The notes beneath the pieces are model-generated. The model was not told where the DNA came from and searched no databases. It saw only the letters and a list, made by a program, of their open reading frames with translations. Shown piece by piece: positions 52,251 through 63,063 of a stretch of 64,000 bases of DNA. The first letter of the stretch is position 1. Every line of letters starts with the position of its first letter. A program made the position numbers and the translations under genes. The stretch comes from Candidatus Eiseniibacteriota bacterium. GTDB taxonomy: Bacteria > Eisenbacteria > RBG-16-71-46 > CAVPCR01. The stretch spans positions 192,001-256,000 of the forward strand of contig CAWGMA010000004.1 of assembly GCA_963823555.1 (NCBI GenBank), given 5' to 3'.

Positions 52251-54044
52251 ATGATGACCGCAGGACGAGGCACGGCTGCCGGACATGCTGGTACCACTTC
52301 TCGCCATGGGGGGCGACCAAGTCGCCCCGATGCGAAGCGCGGCCAGCGGCCAGGAGCGGTTTCGGCGCGGCGGCTCGTCCAGCGCCTGGTCGAGCTGAAG
52401 AACCGCTTCTCAGCCGCTGACCGCGCGGCGAAACTCGCCACCCTCCGCGCGCTGGCAACGACCGATATCCTCGCGCCCGGGATGCTCCATGACTATCACG
52501 AGGCTCTGCTGTTCCTGCGGGCCTACCCGGATGATGCGACGATCTTCAAGCTGGCCTGTCGTGAGGCGGCGGCATTCGGCGACCGGGTCAGCCTCCTCCG
52601 CCGGAAGGACGCCGCGGCCGCATCCCTGCTCGAGGACACGGGGATCGTGCGCACGGGCATGTACTACAGCTACGACTACGCGGTCATCACGTGGCTCGTG
52701 CAATGGTACGGCGATGATCTCGAAATCGACTGGGACGAATACGAGACCACGGATCGGCTCGACCGCTTCCTGGCCTTGTTCTGCTCATGGGTCGAGAACG
52801 ATGGGCTCGATCTCGCCGATGTGGGGACCCGCGAATGGATCGAGCTGGGCAAGGGGCGCCGCACCAGCCTGCGTTGGTTTCTCGAGAACCTGCGGCAGCA
52901 TGTGGCCTCGGAGGCGCTCCGGACGAGTCTCTATGACGGCCTCGAGCTGCCCATCGTCTGGCAGCTCGGGGATTCTCCGGCGGCTCGCACCCACGCGGGC
53001 CGGCCGGCATCCTCGCCCTACTACCACCATGATGCGCTGCTCAGGAAGACGGGTGACTTTCGCACCGCAGTCGCCTCTCCGCTTTCCGCCATACGCCACG
53101 CATCCCGCCGCGAGGCCGGAGCGTTGATCAAGATGATCCGCTCCACCCTGTCCGTGCGCCATCGTGCGCTCTATCCCGTCGACTACGCCAATCCGGATGA
53201 GGTCATCATCGCCGAGGTCGATCGCGGCTACGCGATCATCTTGTTCGGGATGCATCCGGAACATCGACTGCCGATCGAGAGCGATTATGGCGTGCTCATC
53301 CTCAAGAACGGGTTCATCTTCGGCTATGGTGTCGGTGCCATGCTCTTCGATCAGGTGGAGATCGCGGTCAATATCTTCGACACGTGGCGCGGTGGCGAAT
53401 CGCGATATGTGTTCACGCAGTTCACGCGCGTGTTCCACCATCACTTCGGCATCCGGCGTTTCAAGATCGAACGTTATCAGGTCGGCTATGACAACGAGGA
53501 GGGCATCCAGTCCGGTGCCTTCTGGTTCTACCGGCGGTTGGGCTTCGTTCCGAAGGAGCCGCGAGTCCAGGCCCTGGCGGCGAAGGAGCAGGCCAAGATC
53601 GACCGCAATCCCTCCTATCGCACTCCGCCTGCGATTCTCGAGAAGCTAGCCGAGAGCGACCTCTACCTGGCGCTTGATGAGCGCTCGCCCGCCATCCTCG
53701 ACGACTTCCCACTGGCGGATCTCAGCCTGAAGGTCACCGCCATGATCGGACGGGAGTATGACGGCGACCGCGATCGGGCCGGTAGAGGTTGTGCGGCGCG
53801 GGTTGCGGCGGCGCTCGGTGCTCCGAAATGGAAGGAGTGGCCGAAGAAGGAACGAGAGTCCTTCGCCCGCATGTCACTCATCTTGGCCCTCATTCCCGGT
53901 CTCGACGACTGGCCCCAGGCGGATAGGGCGGATCTGGTGACACTGCTGCGCGCCAAGGGCGCGTCACGAGAGGCGGAGTACGCGCGCCTCATGACCGGTC
54001 AGATCCGGTTGCGCGCGGCCCTCGAGAAGGCGGCTCGCCCCTGA
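52251..54044 (+). CDS. Hypothetical protein, possible C-terminal GNAT-like fold
   Basis: Long ORF with host-like codon use; SGAFWFYRRLGF. Confidence 0.7.
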   Translation: MMTAGRGTAAGHAGTTSRHGGRPSRPDAKRGQRPGAVSARRLVQRLVELKNRFSAADRAAKLATLRALATTDILAPGMLHDYHEALLFLRAYPDDATIFKLACREAAAFGDRVSLLRRKDAAAASLLEDTGIVRTGMYYSYDYAVITWLVQWYGDDLEIDWDEYETTDRLDRFLALFCSWVENDGLDLADVGTREWIELGKGRRTSLRWFLENLRQHVASEALRTSLYDGLELPIVWQLGDSPAARTHAGRPASSPYYHHDALLRKTGDFRTAVASPLSAIRHASRREAGALIKMIRSTLSVRHRALYPVDYANPDEVIIAEVDRGYAIILFGMHPEHRLPIESDYGVLILKNGFIFGYGVGAMLFDQVEIAVNIFDTWRGGESRYVFTQFTRVFHHHFGIRRFKIERYQVGYDNEEGIQSGAFWFYRRLGFVPKEPRVQALAAKEQAKIDRNPSYRTPPAILEKLAESDLYLALDERSPAILDDFPLADLSLKVTAMIGREYDGDRDRAGRGCAARVAAALGAPKWKEWPKKERESFARMSLILALIPGLDDWPQADRADLVTLLRAKGASREAEYARLMTGQIRLRAALEKAARP

Positions 54045-54169
54045 AGGCTCCGCGGACGGTTGACCCCCGCCGCCCGGTCTGGCTAGCATGACCACACACC
54101 ATCCCCTGGGTGTGCCCCGTCCCGGCCGGCGCCAGGTGGTCCCCCGGCGCCAGAAGAAAGGTCCCCATC

Positions 54170-55819
54170 ATGAAGAGCCGTTTCATCACCTGGCCCTGTT
54201 TACTGGTCGCAGTCCTCGCTTTGGGTTGCAGTAAGAAGTCCGAGAAACCCACCGCCCTCCTCTTCGACGGCCTCGGCACGGGCCACCGCGAGGTCAGCAC
54301 GAGTTCCGCTGACGCCCAGCGCTACTTCGATCAGGGGCTGGTCCTCTACTGGGGGTTCAACCACGAGGAAGCGATCCGCTCCTTCGAGCAGGCGGCACGT
54401 CTCGATCCGAAGTGCGCCATGGCTCATTGGGGAATGGCCATCGCTGCCGGGCCCAACATCAACAACCCCACCATGGATGATGCGACCACCAAGGCCGCCA
54501 ACACCAATGCCCAGCGCGCGCTCGAGCTCGCGGGTAGCGCCACCCCCGTCGAGCGCGATCTCATCGCGGCGCTCGCCGAGCGCTACGCCTATCCGCCCCC
54601 GGAGGACCGGCACACGCTGGATGAAGCCTATGCCGGGGCCATGCGCGGCGTCTGGGAGCGGCATGCCGACGATCCCGATGTTGGGGCGCTGTTCGCCGAG
54701 TCGCTGATGAATCTCCGGCCCTGGGACCTGTGGTCGCCCGAGGGGGAGCCGCGACCGGAAACTCCCGAGGTGATCCGCACACTCGAGGCGGTGTTTGCCT
54801 TGCAGCTCGATCACGTAGGTGCCAATCACTTCTATATCCACACCATGGAGGGGTCTACGGACCCCGGCCGCGGCCTCGAGGCGGCCAACCGCCTGCGCAG
54901 CCTGGTGCCGGGAGCCGGGCATCTCGTCCATATGCCCTCGCATATCGATGTGCGCCTCGGTCACTACGACGATGTCATCACCGCCAATCAGCGAGCGATT
55001 GCGGCCGATCTGCGCTATGTCGACCAGGTGGGCCGCGACGGGTTCTACACCATCTATCGCGCCCACAACTACCACTTCCTGGCCTACGGGGCGATGTTCG
55101 ACGGCCAAAGGGACATCGCCATGGGTGCGGCTCGCGACATGATCCAGGAGATCCCAATCGAGATGGTGCGGGAGCTGCCGCAGTTCCTCGACGGCTTCAT
55201 GGCGGTGCCCGTTCATGTGATGGTGCGTTTCGGCCTGTGGGAGGACCTGCTCGCGGAGCCGGCGCCGTTGGCTGATCTGCCGGTGTCGACGGCGTTCTGG
55301 CGCTACGGGCGCACGGTCGCTCTCTCCGCACTGGGCCGGGTCGATGAGGCGATGGTGGAGCGCGACTCCCTGGAGGCGGTCTACGCGCGCGTGCCGGAGG
55401 AGTACCTGATCGGCAACAACCCGGCGCGGGTCGTGCTCGATGTGGCGCGCCCCATGGCCGAGGGTGAGCTCGAGTACCGGCGGGGGAATGTCGAGGGGGC
55501 CTTCGCGTTATTGCGTGAAGCGGTCGCTCGGGACGAGGCCCTGCGCTACGATGAGCCTTGGGGCTGGATGCAGCCGGTGCGCCACGCGCTCGGCGCGCTC
55601 CTTCTCGAGCAGGGTCGGGTGAAGGAAGCCGAGGACGTCTACCGAGAAGACCTGCGGATCCACCCGGAAAACGGCTGGGCGCTGCACGGTCTTGCGGAAT
55701 GTCTGAGCCGCAAGGGCGATAGGGAGCAGGCGGCGGAGGTCGAGGCCCGCTTCAAGAAAGCCTGGCAGCACGCCGACATCGGGATCAAGGCCTCGTGCTA
55801 CTGCCGGACCACGGTCTGA
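54170..55819 (+). CDS. TPR-containing lipoprotein
   Basis: Lipobox ALGC; QRYFDQGL..FNHEEA, HFYIH, GHLVHMPSH, YDEPW, HPENGWAL. Confidence 0.85.
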   Translation: MKSRFITWPCLLVAVLALGCSKKSEKPTALLFDGLGTGHREVSTSSADAQRYFDQGLVLYWGFNHEEAIRSFEQAARLDPKCAMAHWGMAIAAGPNINNPTMDDATTKAANTNAQRALELAGSATPVERDLIAALAERYAYPPPEDRHTLDEAYAGAMRGVWERHADDPDVGALFAESLMNLRPWDLWSPEGEPRPETPEVIRTLEAVFALQLDHVGANHFYIHTMEGSTDPGRGLEAANRLRSLVPGAGHLVHMPSHIDVRLGHYDDVITANQRAIAADLRYVDQVGRDGFYTIYRAHNYHFLAYGAMFDGQRDIAMGAARDMIQEIPIEMVRELPQFLDGFMAVPVHVMVRFGLWEDLLAEPAPLADLPVSTAFWRYGRTVALSALGRVDEAMVERDSLEAVYARVPEEYLIGNNPARVVLDVARPMAEGELEYRRGNVEGAFALLREAVARDEALRYDEPWGWMQPVRHALGALLLEQGRVKEAEDVYREDLRIHPENGWALHGLAECLSRKGDREQAAEVEARFKKAWQHADIGIKASCYCRTTV

Positions 55820-55838
55820 GCGGAGGATCCGGTCCCGG

Positions 55839-56762
55839 TCAGCGCGACGGGTGCTCGAGCAGGGGGCGCATCTGATCGGCGAGCATGCCGAGCTTCATCT
55901 GTTCCATGGGCAGAATCGGCTCGAGAAGTGGCGTGTCGCCCGAGGCGTAGACCACACGTCGCGAACCGCTCTCGACGACAACGGGTGCCCCCCCCGGCGT
56001 GGTCATGGCTACCTCGCCGTCGAATACGCAGAGGCACGTCGCCCCGGGGTTGCAGATCAGGGCGAACACGGTGCCGAGCACGGTCACATCAGCATCGGGG
56101 CCGGCCATGGTCAGACGGGCACCCTCGAATTCGGGACCGGTAACGATCCGGAGCTCACCCGCCGAGACCGATCCCCTCACTTCGCGCCGGAGCCAGCTGC
56201 CGGGCGCGCGCGGCAGCTCGAAGCGCGAGCCCAGCGTTGCCTGTACGGCCATGGTGCGGGGGCAGAGGAGATCGAGCTCGAGCTCGCCGCGTAGCTCGAG
56301 GGAGCGCCCGGGACGGAGCAGCTCGGGGTCATTCGCGACCGCTTCGGCAAGGTGCGTGCCGGGGATCACCACGCCGTCGACGACGAGCGAGCCCTCGCCC
56401 CTCGTCCCGGCGAGGGTCCACGCCGGGCCGTGGTCGAGCATGAACAGGACACCAAGGAGGACGAGCCCGAACGCCGCCGCTACGGGCAGGAGATAGCGCG
56501 GCGACCACCAGACCCGGTCCCGGGCTGCGGGCCGCTCCACCCCACTCGTGGCGATCGAGCTCGAGATGGCGCCGGTGACGAACGACTCGCGAAGTTGCGC
56601 GCGGAAGTCGGGGCTGGCGACCACCGGGCCGAGGGTCTGGACCTCACGGCGAGCACGAGCCTCCCGCGGGTCGAGTCCGGCCTCGCCTTCTCGGTTGGGT
56701 CCTCTGTGCTCGAAGTCGTTCATTCCCGTTTCGTCCCGGCTGTTACCGTCGCCGCCCGTCAT
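55839..56762 (-). CDS. FecR-domain anti-sigma factor
   Basis: Single TM; V.GT.F and VFDGEV motifs; overlaps the ECF sigma stop. Confidence 0.8.
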   Translation of the reverse strand: MTGGDGNSRDETGMNDFEHRGPNREGEAGLDPREARARREVQTLGPVVASPDFRAQLRESFVTGAISSSIATSGVERPAARDRVWWSPRYLLPVAAAFGLVLLGVLFMLDHGPAWTLAGTRGEGSLVVDGVVIPGTHLAEAVANDPELLRPGRSLELRGELELDLLCPRTMAVQATLGSRFELPRAPGSWLRREVRGSVSAGELRIVTGPEFEGARLTMAGPDADVTVLGTVFALICNPGATCLCVFDGEVAMTTPGGAPVVVESGSRRVVYASGDTPLLEPILPMEQMKLGMLADQMRPLLEHPSR

Positions 56763-57367
56763 CGCCCCACACCCTGCAAGCGCCGGCCGAGCTCGGAGAG
56801 CGCACGTGAGTAGCGCTTGCGAACTGCCACGTGAGTGAGCCCGGTGGCTGCCGCGATCTCCTCGTGCGTGAGTCCCGAATAGTCATGCATGAGGACGACC
56901 ACACGCAGACCCTCGGGGAGTCCGTCAATGGCTTCCTGGACCTGGCGCTCGGTCTCGGCCTTCAGGGCCATGCTCTCGGGATCGGCTCCGGCGCTTGCCG
57001 CGATCCCGTTCCGCAGGCCGTTCTCAGCATCGAGCGAGAGCGATTGCCGGCGGGCGCGGTGTCCCTTGCTGCGCCACAGATCCCGACAGGCGTTGTACGT
57101 GATCGCCATCAGCCATGGGACAGGGTCACGCGTTGGGTCCATGCGGTCGGCGGCCCGATGGACGCGGAAGAAGACCTCTTGCGTGACATCCTCGGCATCG
57201 TGGACATCGCTCAGCAGGCGGCATGCGAGGCTGTAGATGCGGCTGAAGTGGCGGTCGAAGAACGCTCCCAGGGCGTCCTCATCGCGCGCGCACACCCGCT
57301 CGAGCTCCGAGCGCTCCGCAGGCCCCGGGGCTGGGGTTCCTTCGGGTGGCGAGGGTTTGGGATGCAC
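56759..57367 (-). CDS. ECF sigma-70 factor
   Basis: DAEDVTQEVF, WLMAITYNACRD, GLTHEEIA, VRKRYSRA; GTG start after GAGGAG. Confidence 0.92.
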   Translation of the reverse strand: MHPKPSPPEGTPAPGPAERSELERVCARDEDALGAFFDRHFSRIYSLACRLLSDVHDAEDVTQEVFFRVHRAADRMDPTRDPVPWLMAITYNACRDLWRSKGHRARRQSLSLDAENGLRNGIAASAGADPESMALKAETERQVQEAIDGLPEGLRVVVLMHDYSGLTHEEIAAATGLTHVAVRKRYSRALSELGRRLQGVGR

Positions 57368-57551
57368 GCAACTCTCCTCGCGTGGACTATACGCTGATTC
57401 TGACCGGAATGTGACCTGTTCCTGGCCCGCGCGTCCTGGCGCGGTGACCCTCGAGAGACCCGGGCCCGGGGGGGAGCGGAGGTCTTCCGGTCCCGGCGCG
57501 GCGGTGGTAGCCTCCTCCTTGCCTCGTGTCCCATCACTTTGAGGAGGTCCT

Positions 57552-58103
57552 ATGTCCAGCCTAATCAAGATGATGATCGTGCTCGTGGTCGCGTCGCTGG
57601 CTTGTGGGCGCGCCCCCGAACGTGCTGAACAGGCCCAAGCGCCCGAAGAATCGCCGCCGGCGGAGACCGCTGCGCCGGCCGACCCTGTTGCCGCCAGGGC
57701 GCACGATCTGGACACTCGGCTTTCGACCCTCCAGGCCACCGAGGGCAATCTCGAGTTGCGCGGCACCGCCACCCACTACCGGGCCTACTGGGACAAGGGG
57801 GCGGTGGCTGTCCTCGACGAGGAGCTGTCGCTGGCCGATGGCACGAAGAAGGCGCGCTACTACTATGACGAGAGCGGGCACCTGATCGACTATCGCGAGG
57901 AATCAACGCAGAAGGACGAGATGGATCCCTCGGCGATGGTTCCGATCGTGCTGCGCATGACCTTCGAGCCAAGCGGTGAGCTGAGGGATGGCAGCAAGAC
58001 CGCGGGCGGTGCGTCGCAGGAGATCGAGGATTTCGAGATCAACGCAGCTCGGGAGCGAGGTCGGGAACTCCTCACCCTGGTGACCGTGGCGACAGGTCGC
58101 TAG
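57552..58103 (+). CDS. Hypothetical lipoprotein
   Basis: RBS GAGGAGG; lipobox SLAC; YYYDESG. Confidence 0.75.
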   Translation: MSSLIKMMIVLVVASLACGRAPERAEQAQAPEESPPAETAAPADPVAARAHDLDTRLSTLQATEGNLELRGTATHYRAYWDKGAVAVLDEELSLADGTKKARYYYDESGHLIDYREESTQKDEMDPSAMVPIVLRMTFEPSGELRDGSKTAGGASQEIEDFEINAARERGRELLTLVTVATGR

Positions 58104-58180
58104 CCAGCCCGGAGGCCCGGGCGGGCGCCGGGGGTGCCGGCGCCTGCTTCCCGGACCGCACTCGCTGACTCTCCGGCGTG

Positions 58181-58240
58181 TGACCGCTGGGCGCGCCTCA
58201 CGACCGCTGGCCGCCGAGCACGACCGCTGGCCGCCGAAGG
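58181..58240 (+). repeat. 20-bp-period direct repeat, 3 units
   Basis: Units start at 58181, 58201 and 58221, each with core GACCGCTGG. Confidence 0.8.
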
Positions 58241-58337
58241 TCGGATCATCGCTGGACCACGGGGGGTTTGTGGCATAATGCCGTCCGCCCGTTGACTTGG
58301 TGCTGGCGTTGCCGCGCGGTCACGCGGAGAAAGGTGA

Positions 58338-59366
58338 ATGAAGCGAACTCCGTTCCTCGAGTCCTGCCTCGTGATCGCCCAGTGCACTCACAACTGGGTC
58401 ACGAAGCGGCCGATCGTCGTTTCATTCGAAGTCACCGATTCATGCACGTGCTGGTGTCGGCACTGTGATCACGGCGGGCCGGCCGGCCTGCCCCGGCTCA
58501 AGCCGGATGACATCAGCCGTTGGATGCAGAAACTGCATCCAGGCGTGATCCAGATCTCCGGCGGCGAGCCCCTCATGCGCAAGGACATCGTCGAGTGCGT
58601 GCGCGCCGCGCAACGGGGTGGCGGTCTGCCCTACACAGTCTTCGTTTCGAACTTCTCGCTGATGACCCCGGAGAAGTACCTGGCTCTCAAGGAAGCGGGA
58701 GCGGACCAGTTCTCGGTTTCCCTGGATTTCCCGGACGAGCGCCACGACGACTTCCGCCGCCATCCGGGTCTGTTCCGCAAGCTTGCCACCGTGCTGCCCC
58801 GCCTCGCCGCCTACGGCTTCGATGACATCGTACTCAACACGGCGATCACTCGCGAAAACTACCTGCATATAGGCGAGATCATCGATCGGGCTGACGAGTG
58901 GGGGGTCAACGTGTCGTTCAGCGCCTATTCGGCCCGGCGTACGGGCGATCGTTCGCTCATGCCCTCGACGCCGGAGGAGCTGGCCGCTCTCCGCACCCAG
59001 CTCGACCGCGTACGGGCGCGCAAGGAAGCGGACCCCAAGGGTACGATCGTCACGACGTGCGCCACGCTCGAGGACACCTACCGCTACTTCGCCGAGGCTG
59101 GAAAGCCGAACTGCACGGCCGGCCTCCGCTTTCTCGTCGTGAATGCCGACGGCAATCTCCAGCCCTGCTCGATGCACTTCGGCGAGTATTCCGATCAGGA
59201 GCATCTGGTCCAGGAGTTCACGGCGAACAATCGCTGCGACGAGTGCTACGTATCGATCCGCTCCTATCTCGACAAGAGCTTTCCGCAGATGGTGAAGGAG
59301 TACGTCGGAGACTTCTTCTCCTTCAAGCGGGAGACCAGGGCGGCTGCGGTTCCTGAAGCCCGCTAG
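58338..59366 (+). CDS. Radical SAM protein with SPASM/twitch-like C-terminus
   Basis: CTCWCRHC, SGGEP, VSLD, CTAG...QPC...CDEC. Confidence 0.9.
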   Translation: MKRTPFLESCLVIAQCTHNWVTKRPIVVSFEVTDSCTCWCRHCDHGGPAGLPRLKPDDISRWMQKLHPGVIQISGGEPLMRKDIVECVRAAQRGGGLPYTVFVSNFSLMTPEKYLALKEAGADQFSVSLDFPDERHDDFRRHPGLFRKLATVLPRLAAYGFDDIVLNTAITRENYLHIGEIIDRADEWGVNVSFSAYSARRTGDRSLMPSTPEELAALRTQLDRVRARKEADPKGTIVTTCATLEDTYRYFAEAGKPNCTAGLRFLVVNADGNLQPCSMHFGEYSDQEHLVQEFTANNRCDECYVSIRSYLDKSFPQMVKEYVGDFFSFKRETRAAAVPEAR

Positions 59367-59531
59367 CTTCCTGAAGGCCGCCTGTGCCTTCCCCGGCCTT
59401 GAGCTGTTTCCCGGCGCGTTCCGGCCTGCCCCGCGCCCGCCTGTCGAGACCCGAGAGCCCTCCTGGTCGCCGGCCGTTTCACATTCACGGTGAGAGCCTG
59501 CGGGACCGATCCATAGGCAGGGAGGTCGACC

Positions 59532-60290
59532 GTGGCCCACTCAGTCGAAACCGTGCCTGCAGTGCCGGCGGCAGAAGCAAGCTCCAGGCTAGGCCCCATC
59601 TTGAGACAGATCCTCATGGTGGCTCCCGGCGCGGCCATGCTCGCGATGATGGGCTCCCTGGCCCATCCCGCCTCCCGATCAGCGGCCAAGTGGATGCTGG
59701 CCGAGAATCGCCCCGTCGAGCTGTTCACGTTCATCTGCCTCTTCTCCGGGGGAGCGCTCGGTCTCGCGCTCTGGCGGCGGATGCGGGCCCGCGGTATGTC
59801 CGGCGCGACCTCGACCTTCCACTTCGTCTTCGCGCTCGGCCTGCTCTTGACGGCGATGGAGGAGATCGCCTGGGGGCAACAGCTCCTCGGGTTTCCCACT
59901 CCCGGCTTCCTTCAGGATGTGAACCGCCAGGGCGAGACCACGTTCCACAACATGCCGGGATTGCACTGCCACACCGAGTTGCTGCGGATCGCCTTCGGGC
60001 TCGGTGGGCTCATCGGCATCATCATGGCCAGACGGCTCGGGCCCGAACTGGCTGTCCCACGCTTCCTCTGGCCGTGGTTCGCCATCATCGCCGCGCACGC
60101 CGGGATCGATCTCTATGCCGACCTCGTGTCGATCAACCGCGACGTCGACTTCCTGTTCCGGTACACGTCCGAGCTGGTCGAGCTCCTGATCGGAGCGGCG
60201 GGACTTCTCTACGTCGTCGTCCACTGGAAACGACAGGCGGCACGGAGCGTCCCGGCCTCACCGGGCCGCCCGGTCACCACGAGCTCTTGA
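59532..60290 (+). CDS. Hypothetical multi-pass membrane protein
   Basis: EN.PVE, EEIAWGQ, N.Q.E...HN motifs with several TM helices. Confidence 0.7.
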   Translation: MAHSVETVPAVPAAEASSRLGPILRQILMVAPGAAMLAMMGSLAHPASRSAAKWMLAENRPVELFTFICLFSGGALGLALWRRMRARGMSGATSTFHFVFALGLLLTAMEEIAWGQQLLGFPTPGFLQDVNRQGETTFHNMPGLHCHTELLRIAFGLGGLIGIIMARRLGPELAVPRFLWPWFAIIAAHAGIDLYADLVSINRDVDFLFRYTSELVELLIGAAGLLYVVVHWKRQAARSVPASPGRPVTTSS

Positions 60291-61807
60291 GCGGCCCCAC
60301 CTCGACCTCCACCGCCTCGAGCACCTGACACTCGGCCACCGCCGTTGCCATGGCGTTGTGGTCGGGGAAGAGTGGGCGGTCCTCGTCGAGATGCGCGACG
60401 ACCCGGCGCACCGCGGCATGGGCTGCTGCGGTGCCTTGCCCCCGCTCGTGCGGGCGGAAGTCCAGCGCCTGGGCGGCGGCGATGAGCTCGATAGCGAGCA
60501 CGCCGTGAGCGTTCTCGAGGATCTGCTTCGTCTTGAGGGCGCCGTTCATGCCCATGCTGACGAAGTCCTCCTGGTCGGCAGCCGCAGGGATCGACTGGAT
60601 GCAGGAGGGGGTGCTCAGGATCCTCTGCTCGACGATCAGCGTGTCGGCCGTGTACTGGCTCAGCATCAATCCCGAGAACATCCCCGCACCCTGGGTCAGG
60701 AACGCGGGGAGGCCACCCGAGAGGGCCGGGTTCACCAGACGGTTCATGCGGCGTTCGGCGAGGACCGACACCATCGCGACACCGGCGCCGACCATGTCGA
60801 GCGGCATGCTGATCGGCGTGCCCTGGAAGTTGGCGCCGGTGAGCACGCGATCCTCCTCGGCGATGAAGATCGGGTTGTCGGCGACCGCGTTCAGCTCGAT
60901 CTCGAACTGCCGGCGGGTGTACGCCATCTGGTCGCGGAGGGCCCCGATGACCTGCGGCGTCGAACGCATCGAATAGGCGTCCTGGACCTTGGTCTTGACC
61001 TTGCCGGTCAGGAGATCGGATCCAGCGAATAGCCGCTGCAAGTTCTCCGCGCAGGTGATGGCCCCCGGGAAGCCGCGGAGCTCATGGAGCCTGGTCACGT
61101 AGGGCCGCATGTTGGCCAGCAGCGCCTCGAGGGTCATCGCGGCCGCGATCTCGGCCTGCTTGATCCAGCGCTCGGTGTCATGGAGCAGGAGACAGCCGAT
61201 CCCGGTGATCAGGTTGGAGCCGTTGATCGCCGCCAGCCCGTCGCGTGCCTGGAGCCCGGGGACGGGGATACCGGCCTGCTCGAGGGCGGTTCGCGTCGGT
61301 ACGCGCTCGCCCCCATAGAAGCTCTCGCCCTCGCCCATCAGCGAGAGCGCGACCTGGCTCATCGGGGCCAGGTCGCCGCGAGGCGCCCACGCTGCCCTTG
61401 GCGCAGACGACCGGTGTGACGCCCGCGTTCAGCATGGCGACATAGGTGAGCGGGATCTCGGGCCGGCAGCCGGAGTAGCCGCGCGCGTGCACGTTGATAC
61501 GGGACAGCATCGCCGCCCGCACGTGCTCGACCGGCGCCGGGTCGCCGATCCCGGCGGCATGGTTGTAGATCAGGTAGCGCTGGAACTCTCGGACCTGCTC
61601 GTCGCTGAGCACGACTTCCGAGAACTCGCCGATCCCGGTGTTGACGCCGTACATGATCTCGCGGGCGTCGATCTTCTTCTGGAGCATGCCCCGACAGGCG
61701 CGGATGCGCTCGACGGCGGCCGGGGCGAGTGCCACCTTCTCGCCGCCGCGGGCGACGCGGACGACATCCTCGATCGTGAGATTCTGGCCGGTGATCTGGA
61801 GGGGCAT
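60274..61807 (-). CDS. hutH: Histidine ammonia-lyase (aromatic amino acid lyase family), +1 frameshift near 61380
   Basis: YGVNTG.G, GSVGA[shift]GDLAPM, GLAAING, QDAYSMR, DNP, NFQG, QEDFVSMG split over two ORFs. Confidence 0.88.
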
Positions 61808-62065
61808 GGAGAGCTTTCCGGTTGCTGGCGCCCGTCGGGGCGCGGTGGGGCCGGTCTGGGGATGGCCGCCGGGATTCTACCCGGGGCGGGGGAGCGAGGG
61901 GAACGCCGAATCCGAAACGGCCCAGGGGCCGGGCGTGCCGCCCGGCCCCTGAAATCGAATTCAACGGCGAGTAAGGACGGACCTTAGGATCGAGAGGTCG
62001 TTCTGTCAACCCATCCGAGCTCTGGGCGATGGGGCCGAGCCGGGAGAGGTATGATTCACAGCGCC

Positions 62066-63040
62066 ATGGCACTTCAAGTTCATCTCATCACCCCCCCGGA
62101 AGAAGCCTTTCGCGCCGACTTCGAGCGTGCGCTCGACTCGTCCATTCGGCTCACCGTGGGCGAGAGCCCGCCGCGGGACACGACCATCCTGGTCTCGGGG
62201 CGGCTCACGCCGGAACTCCTTCTGGCCTGTCCCGGGCTCGCCGCGGTCGTCATCCCCTGGGCCGGCGTGCCCCGGAAGACGCGGGAGGTCCTTCTCGAGA
62301 ACCCGCACCTGGCCGTCCACAACCTGCATCACAACGCGGCGGCCACCGCCGAGATGGCGGTGGCGTTGCTCCTCGCCGCGGCCAAGGCCATCGTTCCGCT
62401 CGATCAGGCGCTGCGCGCCGGAGACTGGCGGCCGCGTTACCGCGGTGATCACTCGGTCGAGCTCAACGGAAAGACCGGGCTCATCCTCGGCTACGGAGCC
62501 ATCGGGGCGCATGTGGCCCGCACCTGCCAGGCCCTCGGGATGCGCGTCCTTGCCACCCGCCGCCGGGCGCAGGCGGCCGCGGGCCAGGATGGAATCGAGA
62601 TTCATCCTCCTTCGGCCCTCGGCACTCTCTTGCCCCGGGCGCATGTCCTCCTCATCTGCCTGCCGCTCACGCCGGAAACGGAGGGGCTCATCGGTGAGCG
62701 CGAGCTCGCGCTCCTTCCTCCTGGATCGCTTCTCGTCAACATCGGCCGCGGGCCGATCGTAAACGAGACAGCGCTCTTCGCCGCGCTCGAGTCGGGCCAC
62801 CTGCGCGCCGCGGGGCTCGATGTCTGGTATCGGTATCCCGAGGACGAGGCCTCCTGGACCGGCACCTTTCCATCGCAGTATCCGTTTCACGAGCTCGACA
62901 ACGTGGTCCTGAGCCCACATCGCGGCGGCGACAACGTGGAGACCGAGTCGCATCGGCTGGCGGCGCTTGCCGCGCTCCTGAATGCGGCGGCGCGCGGTGA
63001 GCCGATGCCGAATCGCGTCGACCTGGATCGCGGCTACTAG
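62066..63040 (+). CDS. D-2-hydroxyacid dehydrogenase family protein
   Basis: ILGYGAIG, LPLTPET, NIGRG, AGLDVW, SPH. Confidence 0.9.
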   Translation: MALQVHLITPPEEAFRADFERALDSSIRLTVGESPPRDTTILVSGRLTPELLLACPGLAAVVIPWAGVPRKTREVLLENPHLAVHNLHHNAAATAEMAVALLLAAAKAIVPLDQALRAGDWRPRYRGDHSVELNGKTGLILGYGAIGAHVARTCQALGMRVLATRRRAQAAAGQDGIEIHPPSALGTLLPRAHVLLICLPLTPETEGLIGERELALLPPGSLLVNIGRGPIVNETALFAALESGHLRAAGLDVWYRYPEDEASWTGTFPSQYPFHELDNVVLSPHRGGDNVETESHRLAALAALLNAAARGEPMPNRVDLDRGY

Positions 63041-63063
63041 CCGATCGCCCGGAGGGTGCAATC

